Positions 12,140-25,645 of a DNA stretch of 64,000 bases are shown here, in pieces. How positions within the stretch are numbered: the first letter of the stretch is position 1; every line of letters starts with the position of its first letter. The DNA comes from Phoronis australis (Eukaryota; Animalia; Phoronida). Made by a program: the position numbers and the translations under genes. The DNA lies in the NCBI GenBank assembly GCA_002633005.1, contig NMRA01000119.1:502578-566577 (forward strand), written 5' to 3'. The notes under the pieces were generated by a model. That model was not told the origin of the DNA. It made no database searches and saw nothing but the letters and a program-made list of their open reading frames with translations.

Positions 12140-12648
12140 AGGCCCTTTCATATTGACTTAACTCCTGTCTGAGTGGAGCGTCGAAATATACTGCAAAGTT
12201 AACTGGAGTATTCATACTGGCTTCATTAGTTAATAAACATCGAAGTTAACGGTAGGTGACACTGTCGTCATCGAAGTTATCGCAAGGTAGCGTTGCACAT
12301 TAGGACTTTTTTCAATGTGACAATTTGGGAACATTTACATGTGCTAATTGACATAAAATTTATTTTTAAATCGACAGGTGATTACTAGAGAAAAATACAT
12401 GCAACTATTAGCGACGGCACTACCCTGCAATTGTTGACGATAACAGTGGTACCTGGCGTTTATTTCGATAGGACCTAAGTTGACCGTTCATACTGCACTG
12501 CAGCGTCAACGATCCGCTGTTAAATCCACCTGTTTACTGCAAAGTTAACTGGCGCTGTTAACTTCGATTCAGGACCAAAGTTAAGCGTTCATACTGACCG
12601 GTGAACTCCTCAAAACATTGACGCGTCGACTTAAGTATGAAACGCCCT
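12140..12648. mobile_element. PIF/Harbinger-like MITE
   Basis: TIRs AGGCCCTTTCATATT and revcomp AGGGCGTTTCATACT; flanks TAA and TTA; internal repeats of ACTGCAAAGTTAACTGG and TTCATACTG. Confidence 0.6.
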
Positions 12649-14243
12649 TTAGACTCAAGATAGTTCAACTTAGGTCATTAACCTACCACTTCACAACTAC
12701 TAAAAGGGCTCAAAGCCATAAACAATTAGCACACTACAACTTAGGAATAACTTATAAAATTTATCTCAATAATTAGAAGTTATGGCTATACTATCTCAGA
12801 GAGTATTTTTCATAATGAAAGGTATAATGATTTTTCGTAAATTATTGTGTGGAGCATGAGACAAGATTTCTGTGGTTACTTTTCATGGAACAGGCCCCAA
12901 AACCGCAACACGGACCAAACCAAAAATGAAGTAAATCAAAACTTTGACCAAGATTTAACTGGCATTTCGTTCAAGACACTGAAACAGAATTTAAAGATTT
13001 AGCCAGTACAATGCTGCACAATGAACATAATAAATGTCAATGACATGAACAAAATAATTATACATGTCATTTCATGTGCTTGCAACAGATTTCATTTTAA
13101 CTAAAACATATCTACCCTAAATTCACTGGTGCTTCATTATATGAGCAAATTCGGGATATACAGTAGGTATACTAATTCCTACCAGCAAGAATGAGTGCCT
13201 CCCAATTTCAGAAACATTTCTATAACCAAAGTTTAAGATCAAATATACGAAATACTGGCAGCTGAATACAACTTGCACTAACACCCTACACATACTAAGA
13301 GTAAAAATACACCTTTACCACCCTCTGCACAAACTGGCAATCAGTGACAGCTGTATGATGTCGATAACGTTATCACACCTGTACAAGGAAGTGAGGGGGC
13401 AGCAGCCAGGTGATTTAAGTAACAGATCCACTTAGTGGTGAACCATGAAACAGCAGGCTCTATAAACGAATCATTTCTACAAGATAAATGACTGGGTCAA
13501 TCACATGACTGATACTCATGCCATATTACAGCAGTGCGAAGGATGCCCTTTATCTAGAACTTTCCCTTAATTTCACAATGCACAGGCATCATTCCCAATG
13601 CAACGTCATGGTTGGTAAATTTCAGTTCAAGATCTAGCACCTTGCCATCCATGGTTCACTACATAAAATGAGCATCAGACAACCATAAACCATCAAGCTG
13701 TGCTCACCTCAGCTGAGGAGGGTATTTGGCATCTGCCAATAAGAAAACCATTTTCAGTTTAATGTTGAGCCAGTCAACATACACAAATTGTATCTAAGTT
13801 CCATCACAAAGCCAATTGCATTTGGCGCCAATCTTGACCTGTAGTAAAGTTGAAAGCTTTTGACATTTTGTGCATAATACCATTGTTTTCGTCAAAAATT
13901 TGTCTCTTGGTGGTTTGGAGAGGATATAGATGTTCAACAAATACCACTGGTTATACTGCACAAGCACAAGAGCAGTACTGGCAAGTGAAAGATCATGCCA
14001 AACTTCCAATAGGTTTATTGAACCCATCTCAGACAGTCAGCTGTTTAGCAATTATCCCACAGGAACTGGTTGCCTTTCCACACCAATCCTGTAATGCTAC
14101 AGAGCTCAACACAGTAGCAGATGGTATTTTCACAGAATAGCTAGTGCAGAACTACTTCCACTTTTTATTGTCTTAGTTTAGTCAGACAACATTCATGAAA
14201 TTTACAAACATATGACAGTAGCCAAGCCTTTCCACTTTAATAG

Positions 14244-14380
14244 CATGGGTGGCGCAGCACCGAAAAAAGTGGGAGGCCTCCTCATTACCCCTGTGGTGCA
14301 GCGCCGGTAGACCATATGCGGCGTAGCACTGAAAAAAGTGGGGGCTATAGCCCCCAGCCCCTTACGGTGCGCCGCCCCTG
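14244..14380. mobile_element. Short MITE with 5-bp TSD (hAT5-like)
   Basis: Termini CATGGGTGGCGCA and TGCGCCGCCCCTG; AATAG duplicated at 14239-14243 and 14381-14385; related to 61783-61852. Confidence 0.75.
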
Positions 14381-16078
14381 AATAGTCCATAAGTCCCATT
14401 TGAACATTGACTGTATCAAACATTAGACCAGCTGGATTTTTACTGTTTTGTGACCATCAGGAACACCAGAATTTTGATTTCTCCAACAATTAGGATTGTG
14501 TTTAGAAGCCATCTCATATAATTTTGACAAGTAGATAAGTTGAAGAACACCTCACCTTTTTGGCAAAACAGACTTTCATTGTCTCGAGTTGAACCGCTCT
14601 TTGTCCGTCTTATGGAACCCAAGAGGTTGTTCTAAGTATTGAATAATCAATTGCCTATTTGTTAAAATAAACTAAAAGTTACCATTTAATAACCCACTTA
14701 AAGCATTCTACTACACATCTTCTTCACACCGCTGGCATGCTTTCTGTGACCATGAGTTATTCCAGCCACCAAAGCATGTACCCACCTCTCTGAACTGGAG
14801 TCATAAAAAGTATTCCAGATACCCAACAAATGCAAAAGTGCCACAGGAATTTGAGAAATAAAAATTGATAGTAGCTACATTAGAATATAGCCATTTGGGT
14901 GAGGTAACCTCAGATCATAATTTTTAGTAGGCTAGAGACATCATGACAGTTCACCTCAAAAACCAAGAGTACGATACGGATTGACTAGTGTATAAAAGTA
15001 CGAAAACACGCAATTTTCATAACACTGGGGCAACATTAAATAAGCTTACACAGGTGCACACTGGCACTTCATGTCCAGCACACATGTCTCCTTTCACATT
15101 AAGTTTTGCTAAATGCCATTTTTCACTGAACTTTCGAAATGTGAACATAAAACTAGGATTGGGTCTAAGAAGACTTATAAAACAGCAGCCAGAACTTATT
15201 TTGGGTGCAGCGACTTGAAGTGCCCAGGAGCTTAGCCCAGTCTGTCAGGCTATATAAGGCCAACAAGATTGGTGCAAAGAGAGGTGCACAGATAGTGAAT
15301 ATCAGTTTCAGCTAAGAATTTGGTTTCGCTCTATAAATAGAGGATGCACAGGAACTGACCATTAGAATGTTGTTTTTTGGTCTCATGCCATAGAGAAACT
15401 AAAAAAACATTATTGGTTTCATGTCTAGATCATATTTTATGGAAAGTTACTAACTAGAGTAAACCATAAACCACCTTCCATCACAAACTCTGAACTTTAG
15501 ATTTAGATCAAGCACTAACAGTAATGAAAATGGTCTCAATTAGTTCCTCAGATGTGATTTATGGGTTTGAAAAGTAAAAAGTTCATTAGAAATCAGGTTG
15601 GATGGCGTGTATTTCATGGACTTGCAAACCCAGAAATTACTTTTCATGAGTAATTTAAGATGTGATTGATAGGCTTGGAAAGAACAAGACAAAACGTTCA
15701 TTTGAGATCACGCTATACCATGTGTCATTTGTGGGCTGAAAAAAGACTGTTAAGTATCAGTCCACGGATCCACCGACCACCGTACAGCCAACAAGCGGCA
15801 AGGTGGGGGGTCAACCATTCAGATCCATGTTTAGTCTGATAAATCACATAAGGGATGAGAGAAAATGGGTGAAGTATGACACCACAAAGTTTGGTGGTTT
15901 AGGAGATACAAGGGAAGTGTTCTGGGGNTCATTAAGGTATGCTACAGTAAAATACTTAGTAGTTTGTGCTATTGAGACATCAACAGGTATGAATCACACC
16001 AGTGGGTAATGGACAGCAGCACAAAATGGTATTACACAGTACTGAAACAGAGCAATCCATTAAACAAATCTTACTCTC

Positions 16079-16268
16079 GCTAGCAGGATTGACACGCAAG
16101 TGAGCAAGAAAATATATGCTGTTTACCCCAGAATATCCAGCGAATTCCTCGGCATATCAAAGGCTTGATGGCACTGTCATGGATTGAAGTGAGCTAGTTG
16201 CTATTCATGGACTGGGCTGAACATGATGGTTGAGATAATTGCGGTCGTAAACAAAGACCCCTGTGTAG
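16079..16268 (+). repeat. Interspersed repeat (~190 bp), copy 1
   Basis: Aligns along its length with the reverse complement of 33544-33733. Confidence 0.8.
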
Positions 16269-16426
16269 GGTACCAGTTTCAAAGTAAAAAAATAATAAGT
16301 TAAGGAAAACGACCAACATAACTGTTTAAAAAATTGAAAAGTAAATAGTAACCGTCTTCAAATGTTTAAAATCAATGCATTTTAAGAAAAGTTGTTGAGC
16401 AGATTTTCTTTGGCATTGCGGCTAAG

Positions 16427-16910
16427 CAGGCCTTTATGCAGCGTACGTCCTGGGCGTCCAAATGGACGGCCTAGCACTAATCTGGCCGCCCTGGCAAGGA
16501 CGCCCAGTATCATTTGGAAGCCCACTGTCAATAGGAACCTTTCAAGTTTGGACTCACACATTGTAATAAATACTAGGAAGCCTCTGAAGGCTCACAGTGG
16601 GGTCTCAAAGCAGGAAGAAATATACAATGTATATACAAAGTATATGCACTGTTGCTATTTTGACACTTGATTGACAGCATTGTAAAAGTCTTGGTCTACA
16701 CAGTTTTTTTTAGTAAAAATGCTCACCATAGAAGGCTTTTTTGTAAACTTAGATGTAAAAACCTTGATCTATTCATTTTTTGTAAAAAAAATCCGTGTGT
16801 TTGGGGATACTGCTCGGGGTGGGGGGTTACGCGTCGGAATCATGGATGCCCTGGAATATCGGGAACCCCATTTTGGGCACCCTATTTTCAAAATCCTGGA
16901 TAAAGGCCTG
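16427..16910. mobile_element. hAT-type MITE with 8-bp TSD
   Basis: 15-bp TIR CAGGCCTTTAT(G/C)CAG; flanks CGGCTAAG (16419-16426) and AGGCTAAG (16911-16918). Confidence 0.75.
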
Positions 16911-17802
16911 AGGCTAAGCAACGAGCATTAATTTGGGAATCAATTAAGACGTTATTCACAGTCGGGCTTTAAGGCTAATGTTTAGGTGATGGGGTAACAA
17001 AACCCCAAATGTTAGCGTAGGAGTTGTCTAATGGCAGTGATGCCCGGATGTGTCTTACTCTTAATGACGGGTATCCTTAAATCTTTCAGTTCCAAAGCTT
17101 GTCAGTATACTAGAACAATTCAGTACAAGTACAACCCAGACATATAAGGCAGTTTGATGCCTTGATTTTAGTGCAACATACTGCAATGATATGCAGATTG
17201 ACTTTAAATCAACAGCTCTAGGAGAAAGTTACCTTCTGACACAGCGCCACCTATACTGAAAAGTGGCTCTGTGGAAACATGACGAATGACGCACGGAATT
17301 CCATGTGTGGGCATCATAGCGGATTCCTTCGTCGGAAGTATACCGACCACATCGCCGCCACTAGCACACGCCTTTATGTGATTTACCTGTTTGGGCTTAA
17401 AGCCACTGGATTGGGGTTCCCTTGATTTTGTTTACTTCGATCACTGCCTATTTTAATAAATTGCAACTATTCAAGTCAAAGGTGGTCGCCATACTATGTA
17501 ACAGTAAATTGAAAGGGGTTTCCCAGATTTCAGCCTGAATTTAATGACGTCAGTTTCATTAATTCAATCAAGGAGAAGCCATGTTAAACAACATTTGACA
17601 GCCCTGTGAAAGAGTGTAGGACATTAGTCCGTCATAGTTGTGGTTGGATGCAATGGAGTGAATGAAAACCAGAACTCAATTTTATCAAAAACAATTTCCG
17701 AGTGGACTTATTGAAAAAAATATAGATATATCAATAGGCATAACTGTATTTGGAGTCGTTACACATTTGCTCCGTAAATCAATAAAGCAATTGGTTTAAG
17801 TA

Positions 17803-19546
17803 CCGTAATCGTTCGGGTTAACGCCCATGCTCAGTTAACCGCCCACCCCCTACTTTAGGTGAATTTCGATTTAACCGCCCAATGCTCGGTTAACCGCCCC
17901 CCTGCTATTTTTGAAGATTTCCAATTAACCGCCCACTGCTCGGTTAACCGCCCATCCCCTACTTTTGACGATTGGTGATTACCGCCCTGTGCTAATAGGA
18001 AACGCGAATCCCTGACCTTTTAGATTAAGATCGATGATAACATTGAGTGCAACGACGGCCTCAGAGACCGCGGTTTAGCAATGTGAATTATGATACCAGT
18101 AACAAATTATTGTAACGGGTCATCGATTAACTTCAAAATGTAATACTTGAACACTTTGTCACTTTCTTTTCTTCTCATGTTCGCAAACTTTAGGAACCGC
18201 GCTGGCGTCTACACCTCCACTTTCAGCCACAATCTCTGCCGCACTGAGTTATCGACTACAGTGCACTATATAAAAGATGCATTCGAAATAACCAGGTCAG
18301 AGAAATGTGACATTGCTTTTGCCAACCCTCTGAATGCGCTTTAGGTTGTAAGCTCTCGGGATTTTGAAGAATTCCCATAAACCGCGAAAAGTTGATAAAT
18401 TCTTTATATTTTGGTGAGTGTAATTGCCGGGTTATCGAGATCCCCGTCTTTCGAGTACTCTCGTCACGGTAATTTCGTCGCATATAGTAAACCGGGGTTA
18501 CTTACCCGAACAATTAAGGCTTCGTCTAAGAATTATTTTTACCGAGAATAGATGGTTTCATTTGCTAACAAAAGCTGCGTCTCGCAGTCGAAACGAAAAC
18601 CGCAACGACGGTTGTTCAAGGTCGACACTGGAATCGGCCNNNNNNNNNNNNNNNNNNNNNNNNNNNNNNNNNNNNNNNNNNNNNNNNNNNNNNNNNNNNN
18701 NNNNNNNNNNNNNNNNNNNNNNNNNNNNNNNNNNNNNNNNNNNNNNNNNNNNNNNNNNNNNNNNNNNNNNNNNNNNNNNNNNNNNNNNNNNNNNNNNNNN
18801 NNNNNNNNNNNNNNNNNNNNNNNNNNNNNNNNNNNNNNNNNNNNNNNNNNNNNNNNNNNNNNNNNNNNNNNNNNNNNNNNNNNNNNNNNNNNNNNNNNNN
18901 NNNNNNNNNNNNNNNNNNNNNNNNNNNNNNNNNNNNNNNNNNNNNNNNNNNNNNNNNNNNNNNNNNNNNNNNNNNNNNNNNNNNNNNNNNNNNNNNNNNN
19001 NNNNNNNNNNNNNNNNNNNNNNNNNNNNNNNNNNNNNNNNNNNNNNNNNNNNNNNNNNNNNNNNNNNNNNNNNNNNNNNNNNNNNNNNNNNNNNNNNNNN
19101 NNNNNNNNNNNNNNNNNNNNNNNNNNNNNNNNNNNNNNNNNNNNNNNNNNNNNNNNNNNNNNNNNNNNNNNNNNNNNNNNNNNNNNNNNNNNNNNNNNNN
19201 NNNNNNNNNNNNNNNNNNNNNNNNNNNNNNNNNNNNNNNNNNNNNNNNNNNNNNNNNNNNNNNNNNNNNNNNNNNNNNNNNNNNNNNNNNNNNNNNNNNN
19301 NNNNNNNNNNNNNNNNNNNNNNNNNNNNNNNNNNNNNNNNNNNNNNNNNNNNNNNNNNNNNNNNNNNNNNNNNNNNNNNNNNNNNNNNNNNNNNNNNNNN
19401 NNNNNNNNNNNNNNNNNNNNNNNNNNNNCCCCCCCCCGATTTCTTGAAATTTCACGTTTAAGCGCCCATGTCTGGTTAACCGCCCACCCCCGATTTTTTG
19501 GGTTCGCCAATTTAACCGCCCAGGGCGTTAACCCGAACGATTACGG
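17803..19546. mobile_element. Tc1/mariner-pogo-like non-autonomous DNA transposon spanning the assembly gap
   Basis: Perfect TIR CCGTAATCGTTCGGGTTAACGCCC at both ends, flanked by TA; many subterminal TTAACCGCCC repeats. Confidence 0.8.
18640..19428. other. Assembly gap (789 N)
   Basis: Run of N characters. Confidence 0.99.
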
Positions 19547-20696
19547 TAAATCAAGATTTTTGATCGACTGTTATTCACTTCAGACTGCCATCAAACTGAA
19601 TGGACAGTAATGGAGTCCTTGTTTGGAGCGGAGTTCTCATCAAGTGTTCCATTCAAGAAATGAATCATTAATCTAGCACAGCAGACTATCAGTCTCACCT
19701 GTGAAAAAATATAATTATCGTCATTCCCAGGCAATCCCACAGTGAAATGAACTCTAAAAAGAAAAGACTGCTTCAGAAAAGTTCTCAAATGCGATATCTA
19801 GATTATTATTTTTTGTGCTAAAATTACAACTGCTACATTTACATTAAAACCTTTCCATGTTCACAAATTCGATAGTGGTTTGGATATCAATTTTAAATAT
19901 TGATTCCCAAAGTCAAAATTGCAAGATTGTGACTGAGCAACAAAACACAATATTCAATCAAGTTGGAGCATACAAATATACCGCACTAAAGTTACAAAAC
20001 ATAGCACAGTCCAAAGTAGACATTAAAAACAAATCAAACTTTTCCAGATCACTATCAAACACGACCCAATAGAGATAAGACAACATAGCCACGTATGAAA
20101 TGGGAGAAGATTGTGACCATGCGCACGTAGGTTAGCGTTCTCTTGATCCAGCCAGAGTCAGATTAGATACAAGGTGTCACCAGACCAAGTGAAACAATTA
20201 ATATGTACTTGATTAACATTTAATCCTAGCTAATATAGCTGTAATCAGACAAAAAGTCAAGAATTTCAATTCAACAATGGAATACACTGATTTTCATTGG
20301 ACAGTGAATTAATATTTATAGCACATTACAATCCACTTGTGTTAATTATACTTTTTAGGTTCATTAGTATGCCACATAACAATCTCTACTGTGTCTACAA
20401 AACCGCGAATTACAGGGGGTGCAAATTTTAAGAACCAGTTTTTTCCACTGAATACCAGGCATTAAACTAATTATCAAAATCCTGAATTCCTGTAAGCTAG
20501 GAACCACATTGGTTCCTAGTTGTGAAGTCCAATCCGCATACATTATACCCTATAACAACTTGCCCTAATGCAACTTTAACCCCACTAACTTTTAATTGGA
20601 GGTGTCCACACGCAGGCACACACACACACACACACGTGTATCCAATAACTAGGGTAAGGTGGAAGTTGTCACTCTGTGCGTTATTATGAACACCTA

Positions 20697-21520
20697 CACA
20701 TAGTGTACCTAATTATCGGACGGAACCTAAATATCGGACATTTCATAGAATCTTACTTGAAGCATAATCTGAGAATTAAATGACACCAATTTTTGTTCCG
20801 TTGTAATGCATTCAATGTCCGTCACCGTCTCGTTTTTTTACAGCGTTGCCTCGTTTTGATTTCACCGAGAGAGGGTGCAATTTAAACCCCCAAGTCGGCC
20901 TAAAATGGACGATCGCATAATTCGGTTATAAAAGTTGAAAATAAAATCTTTTTCCACAATGACACCATCTCATTGAACTGACAATATGTCACTGTTCCAT
21001 TTTTCGTTTGTTTTTAAACTCAAGTCAAACCCCGACCGCGCACGTGCGGGTGTCATATCAAGAAGCCTAAGTGATACTACAGAAAAACTGCAGTGAGTTT
21101 GCACGTGCTTTAGTCGTCTGCACTAATTCATCGAAACGACTTGGCGCCGTCATCAGATTTCATTTCATGGATAATTTTGTTGCGAATGGACCTGGGTTCT
21201 AGCAGCATATATGTCAAAACACTCAGCTGAAATTTGGCGACAAGGTGCCCGCGGCCATTACGTGGTTAGTCAGTTTTCCGCGGTGTGGCGTATGGAGAAA
21301 CATGGTGTCCGATATTTCGGTTCTCCGAAGGTTTGGTTGTTGTGTTTTTTGAAGATCAGTCGGAACATAAATGTGGCTTTCAGTGACAAGATATAGTAAC
21401 AGAACAATTCCGTGAAGGTAAATCTTTATTTCAGCAAAGAATTTACAACAATCCGTAATATTTTCAATTAAATATAATGCAAAATGTGCCAAAACGTCCG
21501 ATAATTAGGTCACTTAACTG
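20697..21520. mobile_element. TA-flanked (Tc1/mariner-like) MITE
   Basis: TIR core AGTG(T)ACCTAATTATCGGACG at ~20702 and inverted at 21495-21514; TA at 20695-20696 and 21521-21522. Confidence 0.7.
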
Positions 21521-22699
21521 TAATGTGAGTATGGCGCGCAAAAGAAAACCCATCTATATGTAACCGCAGCTGATAATTACTTCTGCCTTGGCCCCGAGGA
21601 TTAATTGTGACCACACAGGAATTAGAAGTGGTGCAAGTTACCCTAGAAACAGTTACCCCACCTCGATAATGTGGAGTAAGATGTCACAAGTCACATAAGT
21701 TGCAATGGGAATAACTTGTTCTAGGTCAAGACTGTGTGTGGACAGCACTTATTAGTGATTTTTGCCCAAAAACCTACACAGCTGATTATAACTTCATTGT
21801 ACCCCAATTAAACTTCACTGAATGATTAAATGACTCCAAATCACAAGGTCTTTTGTTTGATAATTGTCCAAACATCCCTAAGACCCTGCATCTACTCTGG
21901 CTGTCCTTCACTGAATAATTGGTGTCAAAATGTACTGTATAGGGACAATAGTTTTGCGTTTTCAAAATGAAACAAATTAGCAAACATGAAATTATGTTCT
22001 TACCATTTTGCAAATTTATTTAGCAAAATACATTTTACTACATCAAAGTGATACATATCAATTAGGAATTCATTCGGTTTTCATGAAAATATGCCACAAC
22101 TCAATTTTACCGATAACTTATTATATGGCAATATTGCTTCTCAAAATGGAAAAAGAACAGTGCCTCTGTAGTAATAGCAGAAAGAACAAACTACATCAAC
22201 AGGTTGGCAGCAAAACCAATTGCATTTAATTTGTGGCAGAAAAAGTTGCATATTGTTATACTATTTCCTGGACTGTTAAAACCAAGAAATTGCCAATCTC
22301 ATGATCTGATCTGATTAAACTTGACAAAGCAAACCTATTTTGTTGGTACCCACAATGGCAATGTCCCAATGGTCCAATGCTGTGGTAGTACTAGCAGGCA
22401 GGTCAGAACTTACTGTCACACAAAGGAATCAGCAGGTGGAAGTTAAGTCTATTTTCTCTGAAAGTCGATCGAGAGGGAGAGATCTGCCAGCATTCAAAAA
22501 TCAACTAAGGTAGTATAACTGATTAACAAATTTAATTGACAGGGTTGCGTCTTTGGCAACCAGCCTTGCAGATATCGAATGCTGGAAAAGTTTCAAGCAA
22601 ACACAAGTACGAAACAGTCTTAAAGAAAAGCGACAGCAAGATAACCCATTAAGAAACCTTACAAAGAAATATTCGAGTACAACAGAAATTGCGTTTTAC

Positions 22700-22778
22700 C
22701 TGGCAGAGGAAGGCAGCCTTCTGTGAAATGCTGCAGAAACTTTTGCAGATTTGGTCGAGTTAGCAACCCACTTCTCAT
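22700..22778 (-). other. CK: Probable first (5' leader) exon of the creatine kinase gene
   Basis: Donor CCAG|gtaaaa at 22700/22699; CCAAT (ATTGG 22777-22781) nearby; lies back-to-back with the TRMT61A start. The first coding exon is preceded by an acceptor, so an upstream exon is required. Confidence 0.5.
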
Positions 22779-23067
22779 TGGTCAATCGCACATAACATTG
22801 CCAAATATAGTGTTGCATTGTCGTAAAATAGGATTTGGACCAGGCATACCTTTTAAGGGTTAATGCAATAAATAACATTATTTATTAGCAATTTTGTGAT
22901 ACACTTAAAGCAATTTTAACCATTATGTGCTACTATATTAATTGTGAAATTTTCAACGTCTTTGCTGACGTGTTTTGGTGTTATGTCAACAACCGCAAAG
23001 CAATTCCAAGATGTCTGCGCCCTCAGAAGCGATGTGTAGTTCTTTGAAACGATAGACCGCGGACACC
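22779..23067. promoter_or_regulatory. Putative bidirectional promoter region for CK and TRMT61A
   Basis: Under 300 bp between the candidate CK first exon and the TRMT61A ATG; CCAAT box; YY1-like CAAGATGTCTGC at ~23007. Confidence 0.45.
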
Positions 23068-23392
23068 ATGAATTTTAGTTCTTACAAAAAGTATATCGAA
23101 GATGGGGACACTGTCATACTGTACTTGGGTCACGAATCTTTATATCCTTTGACTGTGAAAAAGGGAGAAACCTATCAAATCAAGTTCGGCGCTCTTCGTC
23201 ATGACGATTTGATTGGCATTCAGTACGGAAGTAAAGTAAATTGCCCGAAAGGTTGGATCTACGTCCTTCATCCGACTCCAGAACTTTGGACTTTATGTCT
23301 GCCTCATCGCACACAAATTCTGTATGCCACAGATATAGCTTTGATTGTGGCTCAGCTTGATCTAAAACCTACTTCTGTTGTTGTTGAATCGG
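23068..23392 (+). CDS. TRMT61A: tRNA (adenine(58)-N1)-methyltransferase catalytic subunit, exon 1 (304 aa total)
   Basis: MNFSSYKKYIEDGD...LHPTPELWTLCLPHRTQILYATDI...VVVESG; donor G|gtaag; 325 nt. Confidence 0.95.
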
Positions 23393-23424
23393 GTAAGAAC
23401 ATTTTTTGTTGTCTGCTGTATCAC

Positions 23425-24357
23425 TAGGCAATGACCATCGCATCTGTTGGCCCGAACCAGAGGCGATGTAGAGGCTATAGGCGCTCTGTACGCCGGAAGC
23501 TTTTCGGCGAATTATGCCTCGCACTGGCTAAACCATCAAAGTCACGTTGTTATTACTACCTTTTGCGCATAGACGAACACCTTAGGAGGTTGTCGATGTG
23601 TTTAAGTCCTTCCAACTCGAACAAATACTCTCGTTATGAAACTTTTTCTTCGAGCAGTCCCTATTTCAGTTCCCAAAATCGTGAAATCAAAATTTTCATT
23701 TTTTTTAACCAGGCCGAAGGTCAGAAGTTACGATCCTACCGGCGAACTTTGAAAGCTGAAGTTCCCGCCCTTTGCGTACGTGCTGCCGGGAACCAGCCGT
23801 GCATTTGCCGTGTTGTTAAACATTAAAATGTCAAATATGTGCACAAAGACTTTTAAATGTCATATCAACAGCATTTATTTATATCAAATACAAACAATAG
23901 TTCATTGAAATACAAACAGTTTCAAGTAACGCCAATTAAGGACAAGTATAAGTGGTGGCATTTTGGAAACGAACATTTGACTGACAAGACCACAATGGCT
24001 CACCTTTGGCCTATTTAAAAATTATTGAGGTTATGAAGTCACATCACCTAGCGAGCGCGGTAAAAGTTGGAGCGTGCGCAGTACAAAAATTTTGATTTCA
24101 CGATTTTGGGAACTGAAATAGGGACTGATCGAAGAAAAAGTTTCATAACGGGAGTATTTGTTCGAGTTGGAAGGACTTAAACTCATTGACAACCTCCTAA
24201 GGTGTTCCTCTATGCGCAAAAGGTATTTATAACAACGTGACTTTGATAGTTTAGTTGGTGCGAGGCATAATTCGCCGAAAAGCTTCCGGCGTACAGAGCG
24301 CCTATAGCATCTACATCGCCTCTGGTTTGGGCCAACAGAGGCGATGGTCATTGCCTA
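23425..24357. mobile_element. Mutator/MULE-like foldback element with ~272-bp TIRs and 9-bp TSD
   Basis: Arms 23425-23696 and 24086-24357 are near-identical reverse complements; CTGTATCAC is duplicated at 23416-23424 and 24358-24366. Confidence 0.9.
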
Positions 24358-25021
24358 CTGTATCACGTGACTTTCGGTTGTGTTGTTCTTTAAAGGCTTC
24401 CCAAAGTCGCTTGATTAATGAATGTCACTGTTTGCCGGTTAGTGTGCTACTCCTTGAATAAAGTAGTTCAACACGATTGAGCGGATAACCGCTGTATTTT
24501 AAGCTATTGACATCTAATTTAGTCACCGTCTGTGTTTTCTATAAACTTGTAGTTTAGCCTTAGTTGTATACTTATAACCATGTGGTATTCTTAATTATGG
24601 TCAGTTTTTGTAAATTCTCGGACTATACCTTTATGCATGGTCGTTATCTTCAATCCATAACCGACGTTTGTAGTTTTTAGATTATTAGTTCATCGATATT
24701 TAAAAATCGGAAACCATATGATGTTGTTTTTTATGTTAGTACTGCTGTAATATTTATTTTTTATGAAAATTTTTGGTTTATGCATTTTGAAATTTTGCCA
24801 GTATGTACAGGCAGGGATGTTTACTACAGTTTATATATGGCCGGGTAATTACACTTAATTGGGTATTGCTCGTACCGGACAATGCGTTCATCATAACTGT
24901 ATCTGCCTCTGTTTTTACCCAGATCGATCCATAGCTTAGAAATATATTTATACAGTGGTTTTATACTAAGGCTGATGGTAGTTTTAGCAGACATTCTTTA
25001 CAGTATGTTATTTGTTCCTAA

Positions 25022-25645
<624 letters not shown>

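Noticed and set aside
16392-16670. ORF MLSRFSLALRLSRPLCS..., resembling a mitochondrial transit peptide for CK
   Set aside because: Wrong strand for CK, non-ATG start, and it overlaps the end of a hAT MITE.
17820-17960. Regularly recurring TTAACCGCCC units, superficially like a CRISPR array
   Set aside because: Eukaryotic context, short irregular units and no cas genes. These are subterminal repeats of the TA-flanked transposon.
18424-19610. Four long ORFs (279-352 aa) in the ORF track
   Set aside because: Artefacts of translating through the 789-N gap.
23431-24351. Two near-identical ORFs (MTIASVGPNQRR...) on opposite strands, resembling a duplicated gene
   Set aside because: They are the two arms of the foldback transposon, with no recognisable protein motif.
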